From Candidatus Hydrogenedentota bacterium (lineage in GTDB: Bacteria; Hydrogenedentota; Hydrogenedentia; Hydrogenedentales; SLHB01), in assembly GCA_034408725.1 (NCBI GenBank), contig JAWXCN010000210.1:1-20908 (forward strand): DNA of 20,908 bases, read 5' to 3'. The notes beneath the pieces were generated by a model. It was not told the DNA's origin. It searched no databases and saw nothing but the letters and a program-made list of their open reading frames with translations. Below, in pieces: positions 1 through 8,732 of this stretch (the stretch's first letter is position 1; every line of letters starts with the position of its first letter). The translations under genes were made by a program, and so were the position numbers.

Positions 1-207
1 CCGGAAGCTTGATTCACCACATTGCACAAGATCGGTTTCCGTCGCCGTGCGATGGCTCTTCGTGGTTGCCGCGAAAAGCAGGGCCTCGAGGATGGACGTT
101 TTGCCTTGCGCGTTCTCGCCGCGAATGACGTTCAATCCGCGGCCGGGAGTGAACCGCAATCCGTTGAGGCAGCGGAACCGGTCGCAGGTGAGTTCGAGCA
201 GGTGCAT
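1..207 (-). CDS. recF: DNA replication/repair protein RecF, N-terminal part (runs off the window start)
   Basis: Manual translation from ATG at 207 (not in the ORF track): MHLLELTCDRFRCLNGLRFTPGRGLNVIRGENAQGKTSILEALLFAATTKSHRTATETDLVQCGESSFR. It has the RecF-type N-terminus: FR motif, Walker A GENAQGKTS, LEA, and SHR..D. Confidence 0.92.
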   Translation of the reverse strand, partial: MHLLELTCDRFRCLNGLRFTPGRGLNVIRGENAQGKTSILEALLFAATTKSHRTATETDLVQCGESSFR

Positions 208-241
208 GGTGTCGTGCCGGGCGTGCGCCGCCGCGTTCCGC

Positions 242-1093
242 CTAGGAGGCCAGCTTCATGAGTTCGTCAACGAATCCGAGGGACGCAAAGAACCGGTCCA
301 GGATGGGCGGAACGTTCCGGTTGCTTATGCCCGCCGCGGTCCAATGTTCGTCAGTTAACTGAACGATTGCGCCCGCCGCCGCGGGAACACCTGACATGAC
401 GCAGATGTAATCTGCAATTCCCAGGGCAGCTGCAAACGCCAGGCTTTCTGGATCGCGGACTGCCGCAAGGTCATGGTGACCGGCGATTGCGAAGGCCAAC
501 CGATCAGGCAACCCCCATTTTTGGATGAGGCGGCTTCCTAGCTCGGCATGGTCCACGCCGATGATTTCGCGTTCGGCAACAAACATCGGCACTTTGCGCG
601 CGTGGCTTACCAACGCGGCGGCCTCCGAGTCCCTGGGAAGAAACTCCTGGAACAGGATTTTTCCCACGTCGTGTAACAATCCGTAGACGAACGCTTCATC
701 CGGATCGATCATGCCGCGACACGCGGATTGGTCGATTACCGCGCGCAGGGCGATGCCCGTCATGACGCTGTGGTGCAGCAGTTCGCCGGAACCCCGCTGA
801 AACGTCTCGAACACCGCGGCGGTGTACGCCAGATTGCGGATGACCTTGGTGCCGAGCATCGTCACTGCGTGCTCAACGGTGTTCACGCGCTGGCCGATGC
901 CATAATACGCGGAGTTCACGAGGCGAAGTGTTTTCAGGGCAAGGGCAGGATCAGTCTGGATCACCTGCGCCACGTCCGAGAGGTTGCTCGAGGGGTCATT
1001 GACCAATTCGGTGATCCGTGTGACCGACGACGGCAGGCTGGGCAAGGTGACGACTTCATCCAGCAATGAGTCGATGTTGAAACGCTGGCTCAT
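242..1093 (-). CDS. Stand-alone HDOD domain protein (HD-related output domain)
   Basis: LPSLP, IQTDPALALKTLRLVNSAYYG, HAVTMLG, GLLHDVGK, DHAELG, WGLP and GHH are HDOD motifs. Start reassigned to ATG 1093 (MSQRF...), which forms an ATGA overlap with the upstream stop. The ORF-track extension to 1348 looks non-coding. Confidence 0.9.
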   Translation of the reverse strand: MSQRFNIDSLLDEVVTLPSLPSSVTRITELVNDPSSNLSDVAQVIQTDPALALKTLRLVNSAYYGIGQRVNTVEHAVTMLGTKVIRNLAYTAAVFETFQRGSGELLHHSVMTGIALRAVIDQSACRGMIDPDEAFVYGLLHDVGKILFQEFLPRDSEAAALVSHARKVPMFVAEREIIGVDHAELGSRLIQKWGLPDRLAFAIAGHHDLAAVRDPESLAFAAALGIADYICVMSGVPAAAGAIVQLTDEHWTAAGISNRNVPPILDRFFASLGFVDELMKLAS

Positions 1094-1356
1094 GCGAAGT
1101 GAGGCGCCGGCAACCCTGCCGGTCCGAACAATCGTTCCTGCATGCACAGAATCTCGGCCAGGGCCGCTTGCGAAAGCTGATCGATATAAGACTCGAGCGG
1201 GCGCGTGTCCGTCGCGGAGACCGCGGCATCCATGAGCAACACGATTGCGCCCTTGGGGTTTTCCCTGGCGCCGACGAGCACAACTTTTGCGTCCTGCCCA
1301 CTGGACAGACTTATCGTGGCGACAACTGCCGCTCCTTGGCGCGTCCAATCCAGCAT
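1090..1356 (-). CDS. Small hypothetical protein (about 88 aa), translationally coupled to the HDOD gene
   Basis: MLDWTRQGAAVVATISLSSGQDAKVVLVG...ESYIDQLSQAALAEILCMQERLFG has protein-like composition (beta strands, then a helix). It fills the gap, and its TGA overlaps the HDOD ATG. The start is uncertain (ATG 1356 or GTG 1434). Confidence 0.55.
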   Translation of the reverse strand: MLDWTRQGAAVVATISLSSGQDAKVVLVGARENPKGAIVLLMDAAVSATDTRPLESYIDQLSQAALAEILCMQERLFGPAGLPAPHFA

Positions 1357-1472
1357 GGTGCGATGCGGTGTCCTTTCGCGTGTTGTCGGGTATCGGGTTG
1401 TGGGCCAGGCATTTTTAACACAAAAGGGCGGCACAACGGCAGTTTATGGCGGTGTATTTATTGGCGCCCCCC

Positions 1473-1513
1473 AAAAAACAGAAGGGCACCAAGCCTCGGA
1501 CTTGATGCCCTCC
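1473..1513 (-). terminator. Rho-independent terminator after the TIGR04073 gene
   Basis: Minus strand GGAGGGCATCAAG-tccgagg-CTTGGTGCCCTTC (13-bp stem with two G-U pairs) followed by TGTTTTTT, 16 nt after the stop at 1530. Confidence 0.85.
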
Positions 1514-1529
1514 CAAAAGGTCTTCGATT

Positions 1530-1901
1530 TTAGAAAATGTATTCGGGTTCCAGAATCGCGTCGAAATTCACTTCGACATCCGAAACCGGAAACGTGAACA
1601 TCTCGAATACGCCGGTACCCGTGCGCAACACGGCGCGGGCGGTTCCCAAGACCGGAACAACGCCCACGAGGTAGCCCAGCGGCTTGCCTTCTTTCAGTTT
1701 TTTATCAAAGGTGACGGGAATCTCGGCCCAGCCGAGCAATACGTTTGAAAGTCCGCGACCCAGTTTGGTCAACCGCTTCTCGAAACCGGTCGGCGGGATG
1801 ATCATTTGATCCGGGTCATAGCTGTCGGCGTGCGCGCCGAACGATGCACCCAGCACGCAGGTCATTAGGAAGACCGCGAGCATTTTGCCTGTAATCCGCA
1901 C
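1530..1901 (-). CDS. TIGR04073-family (putative exosortase-associated) secreted/membrane protein
   Basis: Signal peptide ending AHA. KLGRGLSNVLLGWAEIP...RTGTGVFEMFTFP...ILEPEYIF matches the family pattern as I recall it. GTG start with a strong AAGGGAGG SD. Confidence 0.8.
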   Translation of the reverse strand: MRITGKMLAVFLMTCVLGASFGAHADSYDPDQMIIPPTGFEKRLTKLGRGLSNVLLGWAEIPVTFDKKLKEGKPLGYLVGVVPVLGTARAVLRTGTGVFEMFTFPVSDVEVNFDAILEPEYIF

Positions 1902-1961
1902 GGGAAGCCCCCTCCCTTACCGTAAAATTGGCCGCGCAAAGCGGCAATTTATGTCAAATCG

Positions 1962-1990
1962 AGTCTAGCATAGGGCTGCGGGGTTGTCAA
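1962..1990 (-). promoter_or_regulatory. Near-consensus sigma70 promoter for the TIGR04073 gene
   Basis: Minus strand TTGACA (1990-1985), 17-nt spacer, TAGACT (1967-1962), with an extended -10 TG. The -35 element contains the acyltransferase TGA stop. Confidence 0.7.
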
Positions 1991-3108
1991 TGTTTTACCA
2001 GGGACGGGAATTGCGAATGGCGGTTGCCCAGAGATTTGATGATTTGGCGGGAAGGCGCTTCGAAGCACCGGTACGTGAGGTAGGACGCCATGCAGATTGC
2101 GCAAAGGTAGCCCGCAAAGAATAACGTTGAATCGTACGGCAGGGAACGGCCTGTCAGCAGTTGCAAGTCCTGGAGTAGTAACTCGATCGGGAAATGAAGC
2201 AGATAGAGAGAAAACGAGCAATGGCCGAGGAGAACGAGGGGCCGGGTGCGCAATACCGCGCCCATGACCTTCGACCGAAGTGAAAGCAATATAATCGCCG
2301 GAAAGCAGGCGAGGGACAGGACATAGAACGTCGCCGATCGCTCTGGCATCGACATAAAATAGAGCATGGAAAGGACCGCGGCGGCGAGCGTTATTTCAGT
2401 AAGCCAACCCGGAGCGCGCTTCGATTTTACCCGCTCGTGAATCTCCCGGAGCACGAGGCCCGCGCCGAACCCCAGAAAACAGCGGAACAGACGGTTGAAC
2501 GGTGCGAGGTAGCGCGGCGGCTCGCTCCAATGGGTCGCCACGTCAAGCAGAATCATGCCGGCCACGAGAGCCAGGCCGAGCCAAAACGCCCGCCGGGGAC
2601 TGCGCAACGCGACGAGCAGAAACAGCACGTTGACAATGAACTCGGTGGAAATGGACCAGGACGGGCCGTTGAATGAGAAGCCGGTTTGCAGCCCGGATTC
2701 GTTCAGCATGACGAGGTTCAGCGCAAGGTGATACCAGTCGTTGTAGACATAGATGAAGCCGTGGTCCGCGAGGACAACGTGAAGTTTCTGAAGCGCGGCG
2801 GCAATACACAGCGTGAGCAGGTGCAGTGGATACAGCCGCGCGACGCGCGAAACCAGTGCGGACCGCAATGTTAGGTAACGCGCTTCGTGCGAATACACCT
2901 GCGCGAGGATAAATCCGGAGAGCACAAAGAACAGATCGACGAAGAACAGGCCGCCGTGATAAATCGGAGCGAGAATGATTTCGAGCGGCGCGGCTTCGAG
3001 ATGCTTGTGATAGTGGTAGACAACAACGCCCAGCGCCGCCAAGCCACGGATTCCATCGAGCTCTGTTATGCGGCGTTCGGTGTCATGCACACGGGTACCT
3101 TGCCACAA
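1987..3108 (-). CDS. Acyltransferase family 3 (OafA/YrhL-like) integral membrane O-acyltransferase
   Basis: ELDGIRGLAALGVVVYH, FVDLFFVLSGFIL, RVARLYPLH, NGPSWSISTEF, LGHCSFSLYLLHFP and FEAP motifs, with many TM segments. The start could be GTG 3090. Confidence 0.9.
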   Translation of the reverse strand: MWQGTRVHDTERRITELDGIRGLAALGVVVYHYHKHLEAAPLEIILAPIYHGGLFFVDLFFVLSGFILAQVYSHEARYLTLRSALVSRVARLYPLHLLTLCIAAALQKLHVVLADHGFIYVYNDWYHLALNLVMLNESGLQTGFSFNGPSWSISTEFIVNVLFLLVALRSPRRAFWLGLALVAGMILLDVATHWSEPPRYLAPFNRLFRCFLGFGAGLVLREIHERVKSKRAPGWLTEITLAAAVLSMLYFMSMPERSATFYVLSLACFPAIILLSLRSKVMGAVLRTRPLVLLGHCSFSLYLLHFPIELLLQDLQLLTGRSLPYDSTLFFAGYLCAICMASYLTYRCFEAPSRQIIKSLGNRHSQFPSLVKH

Positions 3109-3185
3109 AAGTTGTTGGGTATGGTAGTGCGGACTTCAGCCTTTTCGATGAACACTTTGTCCGGCAAGAATCCGAAAGTTTCGTT

Positions 3186-4322
3186 TCATGGTTTGATGAT
3201 AAGCGATTCCTTAGCGGGGAGCGGCGGGAACGGATTGTGCGGTTCGAGCTGGTACCAATACGCGACGGACGCGAGATCGTCTTGTAACGGGAGGTAGCGC
3301 CCTTCGCTCTGCCAGCCCAAGCTCTGAATCGTAACCTTCAGGTCAGATTCAAAGCGCACTGGGTCGGTGATGTGCCAGCGGTATTGTCCGAACCTGCGTT
3401 GCGCTCCTTCGTAAGGGACATGATAAAAGCCGGTATAGGGACTGGTGAAACTGTCGTAGACCGTGCCGTTGTCGCGTTCGTTGTAGCCGTACGAGCCGCA
3501 GAAATAATCTTCCTCGCCGGTCCCGCAAATGGTGGGAAACTTGTCGTCGCCATCAAGAAAAAATTTAATTTCGCCTTCACCCCACCAGCCCGGGCTATTC
3601 GCGCCGTGGGCGAGATAGGTTCCGACGTAGTGGCCGCGGCCTTTGATGCCATCAACGATGGTGAACACTTCCTTTTCCGGCAAGGGGTTCACCCGGCGGA
3701 ACTGGGCGTGAAAATAGGGAGTGCTCTGCGCCACGGCTTCCAGCGAATAATCGATCTGATAGTAAACGGTGGCCCGTTTATCGCCGAGGTTTTCCATGGT
3801 CACTTTGCAATGTTTTCCGAAAGGCATCTGCCAATACGAGTTGAAACCACTTCTCGGATTCACGCACATGGCGAGCGACGTGATGCGCGGCTCGTTGCCC
3901 ATGCCCCAGCCCGATGCGAAGAAATCGCCCACGGGCACTTCGACGGACGGCGACGTTTCATCGTCCCAATAGAAGCGCAGGATCATCAGGCGGTAATCGC
4001 CCACCGGCGTCATCCAGATATGATTGATGACACCCGATCCGTCGATCTCGCCGAGTGTAAACGTCGTGCCGGGTTCGATGTGGACATATGGATTTACCTT
4101 CCAGCCTTGTCCGAGGTCTCGCGCGGCGCGCGCGGCGGTGCCCTCTTCGAGCGTTGCCATGCCGCCCTTGCCCTTTTCGCCCGTGAAATTTTCCGGGCTG
4201 ATGGATCGGGTCTTCGCATCTTTAAGTTTGTACAGATCATTCATGGCAGTTCCCTGTGCATGGGCGGCAAATAGCGAAAAAATCGTGACGATTGCGGCAG
4301 CAATCAAACGAAAATTGGTCAT
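3186..4322 (-). CDS. DUF2961 / glycoside hydrolase family 172 protein with signal peptide
   Basis: TRSISPENFTGEKG, GSGVINHIW, PSVEVPVGDFF, NSYWQMPF, YFHAQFRR, WWGEGE, GTGEEDYF and YRWHITDP are DUF2961 motifs. AAGGA SD precedes ATG 4322. Confidence 0.9.
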   Translation of the reverse strand: MTNFRLIAAAIVTIFSLFAAHAQGTAMNDLYKLKDAKTRSISPENFTGEKGKGGMATLEEGTAARAARDLGQGWKVNPYVHIEPGTTFTLGEIDGSGVINHIWMTPVGDYRLMILRFYWDDETSPSVEVPVGDFFASGWGMGNEPRITSLAMCVNPRSGFNSYWQMPFGKHCKVTMENLGDKRATVYYQIDYSLEAVAQSTPYFHAQFRRVNPLPEKEVFTIVDGIKGRGHYVGTYLAHGANSPGWWGEGEIKFFLDGDDKFPTICGTGEEDYFCGSYGYNERDNGTVYDSFTSPYTGFYHVPYEGAQRRFGQYRWHITDPVRFESDLKVTIQSLGWQSEGRYLPLQDDLASVAYWYQLEPHNPFPPLPAKESLIIKP

Positions 4323-4363
4323 GGCGTTTTCCTTTTTTTCGATGGCGCCTCAATTCCGGGGCG

Positions 4364-5551
4364 CTACGTCTCTCGTAGCGCGGTTGCAATAGGCAAACGC
4401 GCTGCGCGGACCGCGGGAAAGAGGCCGCCCAGGATTCCGATGATCGCCGCCCACGCAATCGCATTGAGCAAAAGCGCGGGTGTGACGGTGAACGCGAAAG
4501 CGATTTGGCTGAACGTTTGAAAGTTAATCGTCGATGCCTGGAAGCCGTTGAACGCGAAATACGCCGCAGTGGCCCCGGCGGCGCCACCGACGAGCGCGAG
4601 CACAAGCGATTCCGCCAACACCGAGATCACGATCGGGGTCGCGCCGAACCCGAGCGCGCGTAGCGTGGCGATTTCGCGCGTGCGGGCGGACACCGCGCTG
4701 TACATGGTGTTCAATGCGCCAAATAAAGCGCCGAGGGCCATCAGCGCCGTAATGGATACGCCGATGCTTCGGATAAAAGTCGTTAACATGGTGGATTGTT
4801 CGGCGAGAAATTCACTTTGCAGCATCGTTTTTACTTTTAGCTGCGGATTGGTGGTGAGCCCGTCCTTGAATTCGGTGAATGCCGCGGGCGAAGTCAGCTT
4901 CGCGTAGACGGATTGAAACGAGTCGCCGCGATGGTACGCGGGCTGGAGCACTGAGGCGTCCGTCCAGATTTCCGATTCCGCGGAGCCCCCGCCGCCAGTG
5001 AAGATGCCTACGACTTCCCAGTCGTTCTGGCCTACGCGAACTTTCCTGCCGACATCGAGGCCGGCGAATGCGCGCGCCGCGCCGACACCCGCGATGACTT
5101 CGTTCTTGCCGAGTTCGAAGGCCCTGCCCTCCACCATTTTAATATCGCCGCGGACAGCCATTGCCGCTTTTTCGACGCCACGCAACGGGACATTTGCGTC
5201 CGTGCCGGTCGAGCGTTTTGGCAAGTTGATCATCACAAAAAGTTCGGATGATGTGAGCGCGCCGTCGGATGTTCGCGCGATTCCGGGCGCATCGGCGATG
5301 AGCCGTGTTTCGTCGCGGGAGAGTCCACTGGTCATTTCAGTGTCCGCGCCAGTGCGCAAGACAATTGCCACGTCGTCCGCACCCGGGACGGTCATCGCGG
5401 CACGGAACCCTTCGGCGATTGACAGCACGCCAACGAACACCGCGACCACGCCCGCGATGCCGACGGCAGTGGCCAACGCGGACCCTTTGCGCTGGGGAAT
5501 GGTGCGCAGGCTAAATAGCGTTACAGCGAAAATTTGTGATAGCCAGTTCAT
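4364..5551 (-). CDS. MacB/FtsX-family ABC transporter permease
   Basis: N-terminal TM, periplasmic domain (EGRAFELGKNEVIAG), NTMYSAVSARTREIATLRALGF and C-terminal FPAVRAARL. ATGA overlap with the upstream permease. Confidence 0.92.
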   Translation of the reverse strand: MNWLSQIFAVTLFSLRTIPQRKGSALATAVGIAGVVAVFVGVLSIAEGFRAAMTVPGADDVAIVLRTGADTEMTSGLSRDETRLIADAPGIARTSDGALTSSELFVMINLPKRSTGTDANVPLRGVEKAAMAVRGDIKMVEGRAFELGKNEVIAGVGAARAFAGLDVGRKVRVGQNDWEVVGIFTGGGGSAESEIWTDASVLQPAYHRGDSFQSVYAKLTSPAAFTEFKDGLTTNPQLKVKTMLQSEFLAEQSTMLTTFIRSIGVSITALMALGALFGALNTMYSAVSARTREIATLRALGFGATPIVISVLAESLVLALVGGAAGATAAYFAFNGFQASTINFQTFSQIAFAFTVTPALLLNAIAWAAIIGILGGLFPAVRAARLPIATALRET

Positions 5552-6708
5552 CCCCCGTGCCTCCTCAATGCCACGGCGATTTGAAGCCGCATCGCCTGAA
5601 TTGCCGGTAGTATGCCAGCGACAATCCCAAGTCCGAAGACGAACAAGACACCGATCAGCAAATATCGTGTGGGCAAATAAAAGACCGGCAACATCGAAGG
5701 CGCCGGGCTACCCGCTGCGCCAATGAGCCATGCAACGGCGAGACCCGCCAGTCCACCCACCGCGGCAATCACACACGATTCGGCCAGCACAAGCGCGAGC
5801 ACAAGTCCATTGGTGAAGCCCATCGCTTTCAAAACACCCAATTCTTCCGTGCGCTCACGGACGGCCTGCGCCATCGTGTTTCCGACGACGAGCAAAATAG
5901 TAAAGAACACGGCGCTGAGCACTGCGATAAGGATCGTGCCGATATCGCCGATTTGCTGCGCGAAGCCTTGAACGAACGCGCCTTCGGCTTCGGCTTTGGT
6001 TTCGTAGGGCGAGTTTGCGAATTCGCCGTCAATCGCCGCGGCGACTTGCGAGGCGCGTTCCGGATCGCTTACGCGCACGGCGTACCAGCCGACTTCGCCT
6101 TTGCCTTGCGCGCGCGCCTCATCAAAGTAGTCGTAGCGGAAAAAAAGGCCGGAGGTGTCGGTGCCTTTTTTGGCGCCGTCGTATATGCCTACGATGTCGA
6201 ACTCCCACGCCTCGTCACCGTCGCGCGGCCAGATGGGCGAAGTGAGTGGTATGTGATCGCCGGTTTTCCACTGGAATCGATCCGCGAGCACGCGCCCGAC
6301 AATTGCACCCGTGCGTGTGGTGAGCCAGGCTTGTTTCTGATCCTCGGGCAACAGGTACTCGGGATACATGTCTAGAAACGGTTCCGGGTCGGTGGGCATG
6401 GTCGCAAAGAAGTTCTTCGGCTCATTCTGGTAAATGCCGTTGAACCACGTAAAGTGAATCGCCGACTCGACGCCGTCGATCTGCTTCATGCGCGCGAGAT
6501 AGGCTTCCGGCAACGTCATAATGAGCGACACTTTGTGCCGCACGATGAGGCGGTCCGCGTCAGCGACGGAAACGCCGGCGGTGAGCGCCTCCCGGATGGT
6601 GAACAGAAGTCCGAACAAAATGAATGCGACAAAAATCGACAGCAATGTCAACCACGTGCGCAGTTTTTTCCGCTTGAGGTTGCTCCATATCAGGCCGAGG
6701 TATTTCAT
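5548..6708 (-). CDS. MacB/FtsX-family ABC transporter permease
   Basis: NLKRKKLRTWLT, periplasmic domain, NTMAQAVRERTEELGVLKAMGF and LPAIQAMRL. ATGA overlap with the ATPase stop. Confidence 0.92.
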   Translation of the reverse strand: MKYLGLIWSNLKRKKLRTWLTLLSIFVAFILFGLLFTIREALTAGVSVADADRLIVRHKVSLIMTLPEAYLARMKQIDGVESAIHFTWFNGIYQNEPKNFFATMPTDPEPFLDMYPEYLLPEDQKQAWLTTRTGAIVGRVLADRFQWKTGDHIPLTSPIWPRDGDEAWEFDIVGIYDGAKKGTDTSGLFFRYDYFDEARAQGKGEVGWYAVRVSDPERASQVAAAIDGEFANSPYETKAEAEGAFVQGFAQQIGDIGTILIAVLSAVFFTILLVVGNTMAQAVRERTEELGVLKAMGFTNGLVLALVLAESCVIAAVGGLAGLAVAWLIGAAGSPAPSMLPVFYLPTRYLLIGVLFVFGLGIVAGILPAIQAMRLQIAVALRRHGG

Positions 6709-7403
6709 TCGGGTTTCTCGTTCAGGAGTTGGCCCTTCTCGAGGTAGACAGTCCGCGTCGCGCGGGCGGATGCGTGGGGATCGTGCGTGACCATGACAAT
6801 GGTCTTTCCCTGATCGCGGTTGAGCGCCTGCAACAGGCTCAGAATTTCATCGCCTGATTTGCGATCCAAATCCCCCGTCGGTTCGTCGCACAGCAATAAC
6901 GTCGGATCAGTGACAATCGCGCGCGCAATGCCGACACGCTGCTGCTCGCCGCCGGAAAGCGTGCGCGGATAATGCCCGGTCCGGTGAGTTAATCCAACCA
7001 CGTCCAGCGCGAGCGCGACATGTTTCCGCCGTTCGGCTTTCGACAGGTGCGTGAGGAGGAGCGGCAGTTCGACGTTTCGCGCCGCTGTCATGACTGGCAT
7101 CAAATTGTAAAACTGGAACACGAAACCCACGTGCCGCGCGCGCCAGGCCGCGAGCTGGCGTTCAGACATGTTGTCGATGCGGTCTTCGCCAATCTTCACG
7201 GAGCCGCGCGTGGCACGGTCCAGCCCCCCGATCAGGTTCAGCAGCGTCGTCTTGCCGGAACCCGACGGCCCCATGAGAGCCACGAATTCGCCTCGGGGGA
7301 CTTCAAAGTTCATGTCCGACAGCACATGAATCTGTTCGGAGCCGCGCTTGAACGATTTTTCGACATTCTCGACGCGGACGAGGGCCTCGCCATTAGTGCT
7401 CAC
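6705..7403 (-). CDS. ABC transporter ATP-binding protein (LolD/MacB-type)
   Basis: Walker [10 protein letters not shown]-loop GFVFQFYNL, signature LSGGEQQRV, Walker [10 protein letters not shown] and H-loop VTHD. The GTG start overlaps the upstream TGA. Confidence 0.95.
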   Translation of the reverse strand: MSTNGEALVRVENVEKSFKRGSEQIHVLSDMNFEVPRGEFVALMGPSGSGKTTLLNLIGGLDRATRGSVKIGEDRIDNMSERQLAAWRARHVGFVFQFYNLMPVMTAARNVELPLLLTHLSKAERRKHVALALDVVGLTHRTGHYPRTLSGGEQQRVGIARAIVTDPTLLLCDEPTGDLDRKSGDEILSLLQALNRDQGKTIVMVTHDPHASARATRTVYLEKGQLLNEKPE

Positions 7404-8626
7404 TGTTTCACCTCCGTTACCGAATCGCCATCCGCAAGTGTGGCCGGTGCATCGACTACAATTGAATCGCCGGGAGACAGGCCGGCCGCTATGGTAACCG
7501 CGTCGCCATTGGTCGCGCCAACATTTACTGCGCGCCGCTCGACCCGCCCTTCGCGAACAACCCAGACAATTTCCCTGCCATCGCGTTCTTGCACCGCTGA
7601 TTTAGGAACCGTGACGCTACGTTGTTGCACAGTCTCGACTTCGCCCGCGCTCAGAAACGCGACCCGCACGCTCATATCCGGAAGGATGCGCGTGTCAAGC
7701 TCATTGAAGCCCACCCGCACTTTCACCGTGGCCTTTTGCCGGTCCGCCGTGGGAATGATCGCGATCACCTTGGCCGGAAATTCCAGGTCTGGATACGAAT
7801 CCAGCGTAGCCATCACCTGCTGGCCCGGTTCCACGCGGTTGATGTAGCTTTCACTCACGTCTACCTCAATTTCGAGCGAGTTCATGTCCACAATCGTGCA
7901 AATGCCCGTGCGCGTGAATCCGCCGCCGGCAGACATGGACGAGATCATCTCGCCCGGCTGCGCGTTCTTTTCCGTGACGATGCCTGCGAATGGCGCGCGA
8001 ATGATGGTGTCATCGAGTTGTTGTTCCCACAATTCAACTTCCCGCTCCGCAACGGCGACTTCCGCCTGCTGCCGTTCGAGGCGCGCCTTCAGCGCATTGC
8101 TGTTTGCCACGGCCTGGTCCAACTGCTCCGGCGTCACCACTTCTTCCGCGGCCAGCTCGCGCGCGCGCTGAAGATCGCGCTCGGCGAGATCAATATTCGC
8201 CCGCGTTTCGTTCAGGGCTTCTTGAGCCGAGTTCACCTGCGCTTTGGCCAGATCAAGGCTGCGCTGGACGTTCGATGAATCAATGCGCGACAGCACCTGG
8301 TCTGCTTCAACTGTCATTCCCTCTTCCACGAGGACTTCCATGACCTTGCCCGTGACCTTGGAGGAAACCGTTGCTTTCCGGCGCGCGGTGACGTAGCCAG
8401 ATGCGTTTAACAAAGTTTGGCCACCGCCCCCGGATATTGTCTCCGTGACGACCGCGGTGCGGACTTCGATCCTGCTTGCGAAATTGGAGCGATAGTAGAA
8501 GAACGCGGCGGCGCCTGCGCCAAGTACAGCCAACGCGATGACCGTCAACGCTAGTACCGGCGACCGGCGCGGCGCGTTTGCGCGGTCTATGCGGAGCTCA
8601 TCCAGCGAACTTTTTGCGGCACTCAT
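7400..8626 (-). CDS. Periplasmic adaptor / membrane fusion protein (MacA/HlyD family)
   Basis: N-terminal TM anchor, lipoyl halves (VSSKVTGKVMEVLVEEG...IRAPFAG), long alpha-hairpin, beta-barrel (EIEVDVSESYI) and membrane-proximal domain (VPKSAV). Confidence 0.93.
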   Translation of the reverse strand: MSAAKSSLDELRIDRANAPRRSPVLALTVIALAVLGAGAAAFFYYRSNFASRIEVRTAVVTETISGGGGQTLLNASGYVTARRKATVSSKVTGKVMEVLVEEGMTVEADQVLSRIDSSNVQRSLDLAKAQVNSAQEALNETRANIDLAERDLQRARELAAEEVVTPEQLDQAVANSNALKARLERQQAEVAVAEREVELWEQQLDDTIIRAPFAGIVTEKNAQPGEMISSMSAGGGFTRTGICTIVDMNSLEIEVDVSESYINRVEPGQQVMATLDSYPDLEFPAKVIAIIPTADRQKATVKVRVGFNELDTRILPDMSVRVAFLSAGEVETVQQRSVTVPKSAVQERDGREIVWVVREGRVERRAVNVGATNGDAVTIAAGLSPGDSIVVDAPATLADGDSVTEVKQ

Positions 8627-8664
8627 TGAATCTGTTGCTCACAACTTGCGGGTTTAGGGTGCTC

Positions 8665-8694
8665 ATGGTATGGATGCCGCACTGGAAAAGTCCA
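8665..8694 (-). promoter_or_regulatory. Possible sigma70-like promoter for the exporter operon
   Basis: Minus strand TGGACT-18 nt-TACCAT in the 106-nt gap upstream of the adaptor gene. Weak match. Confidence 0.25.
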
Positions 8695-8732
8695 CCACTG
8701 CGCGAAGACCGGAGACTGGGAGGCGTAGTAAC

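Noticed and set aside
22..358. Plus-strand ORFs 22-261 and 47-358
   Set aside because: They are antisense to recF and the HDOD gene, both of which have clear motifs.
1094..1348. 85-aa N-terminal extension of the HDOD ORF
   Set aside because: The composition is Arg/Gly-rich and non-protein-like. The region is better explained by the small ORF in another frame with an ATGA overlap.
1..2000. Replication origin near recF
   Set aside because: No dnaA or dnaN, no clustered TTATCCACA-like boxes, and no extended AT-rich unwinding element seen.
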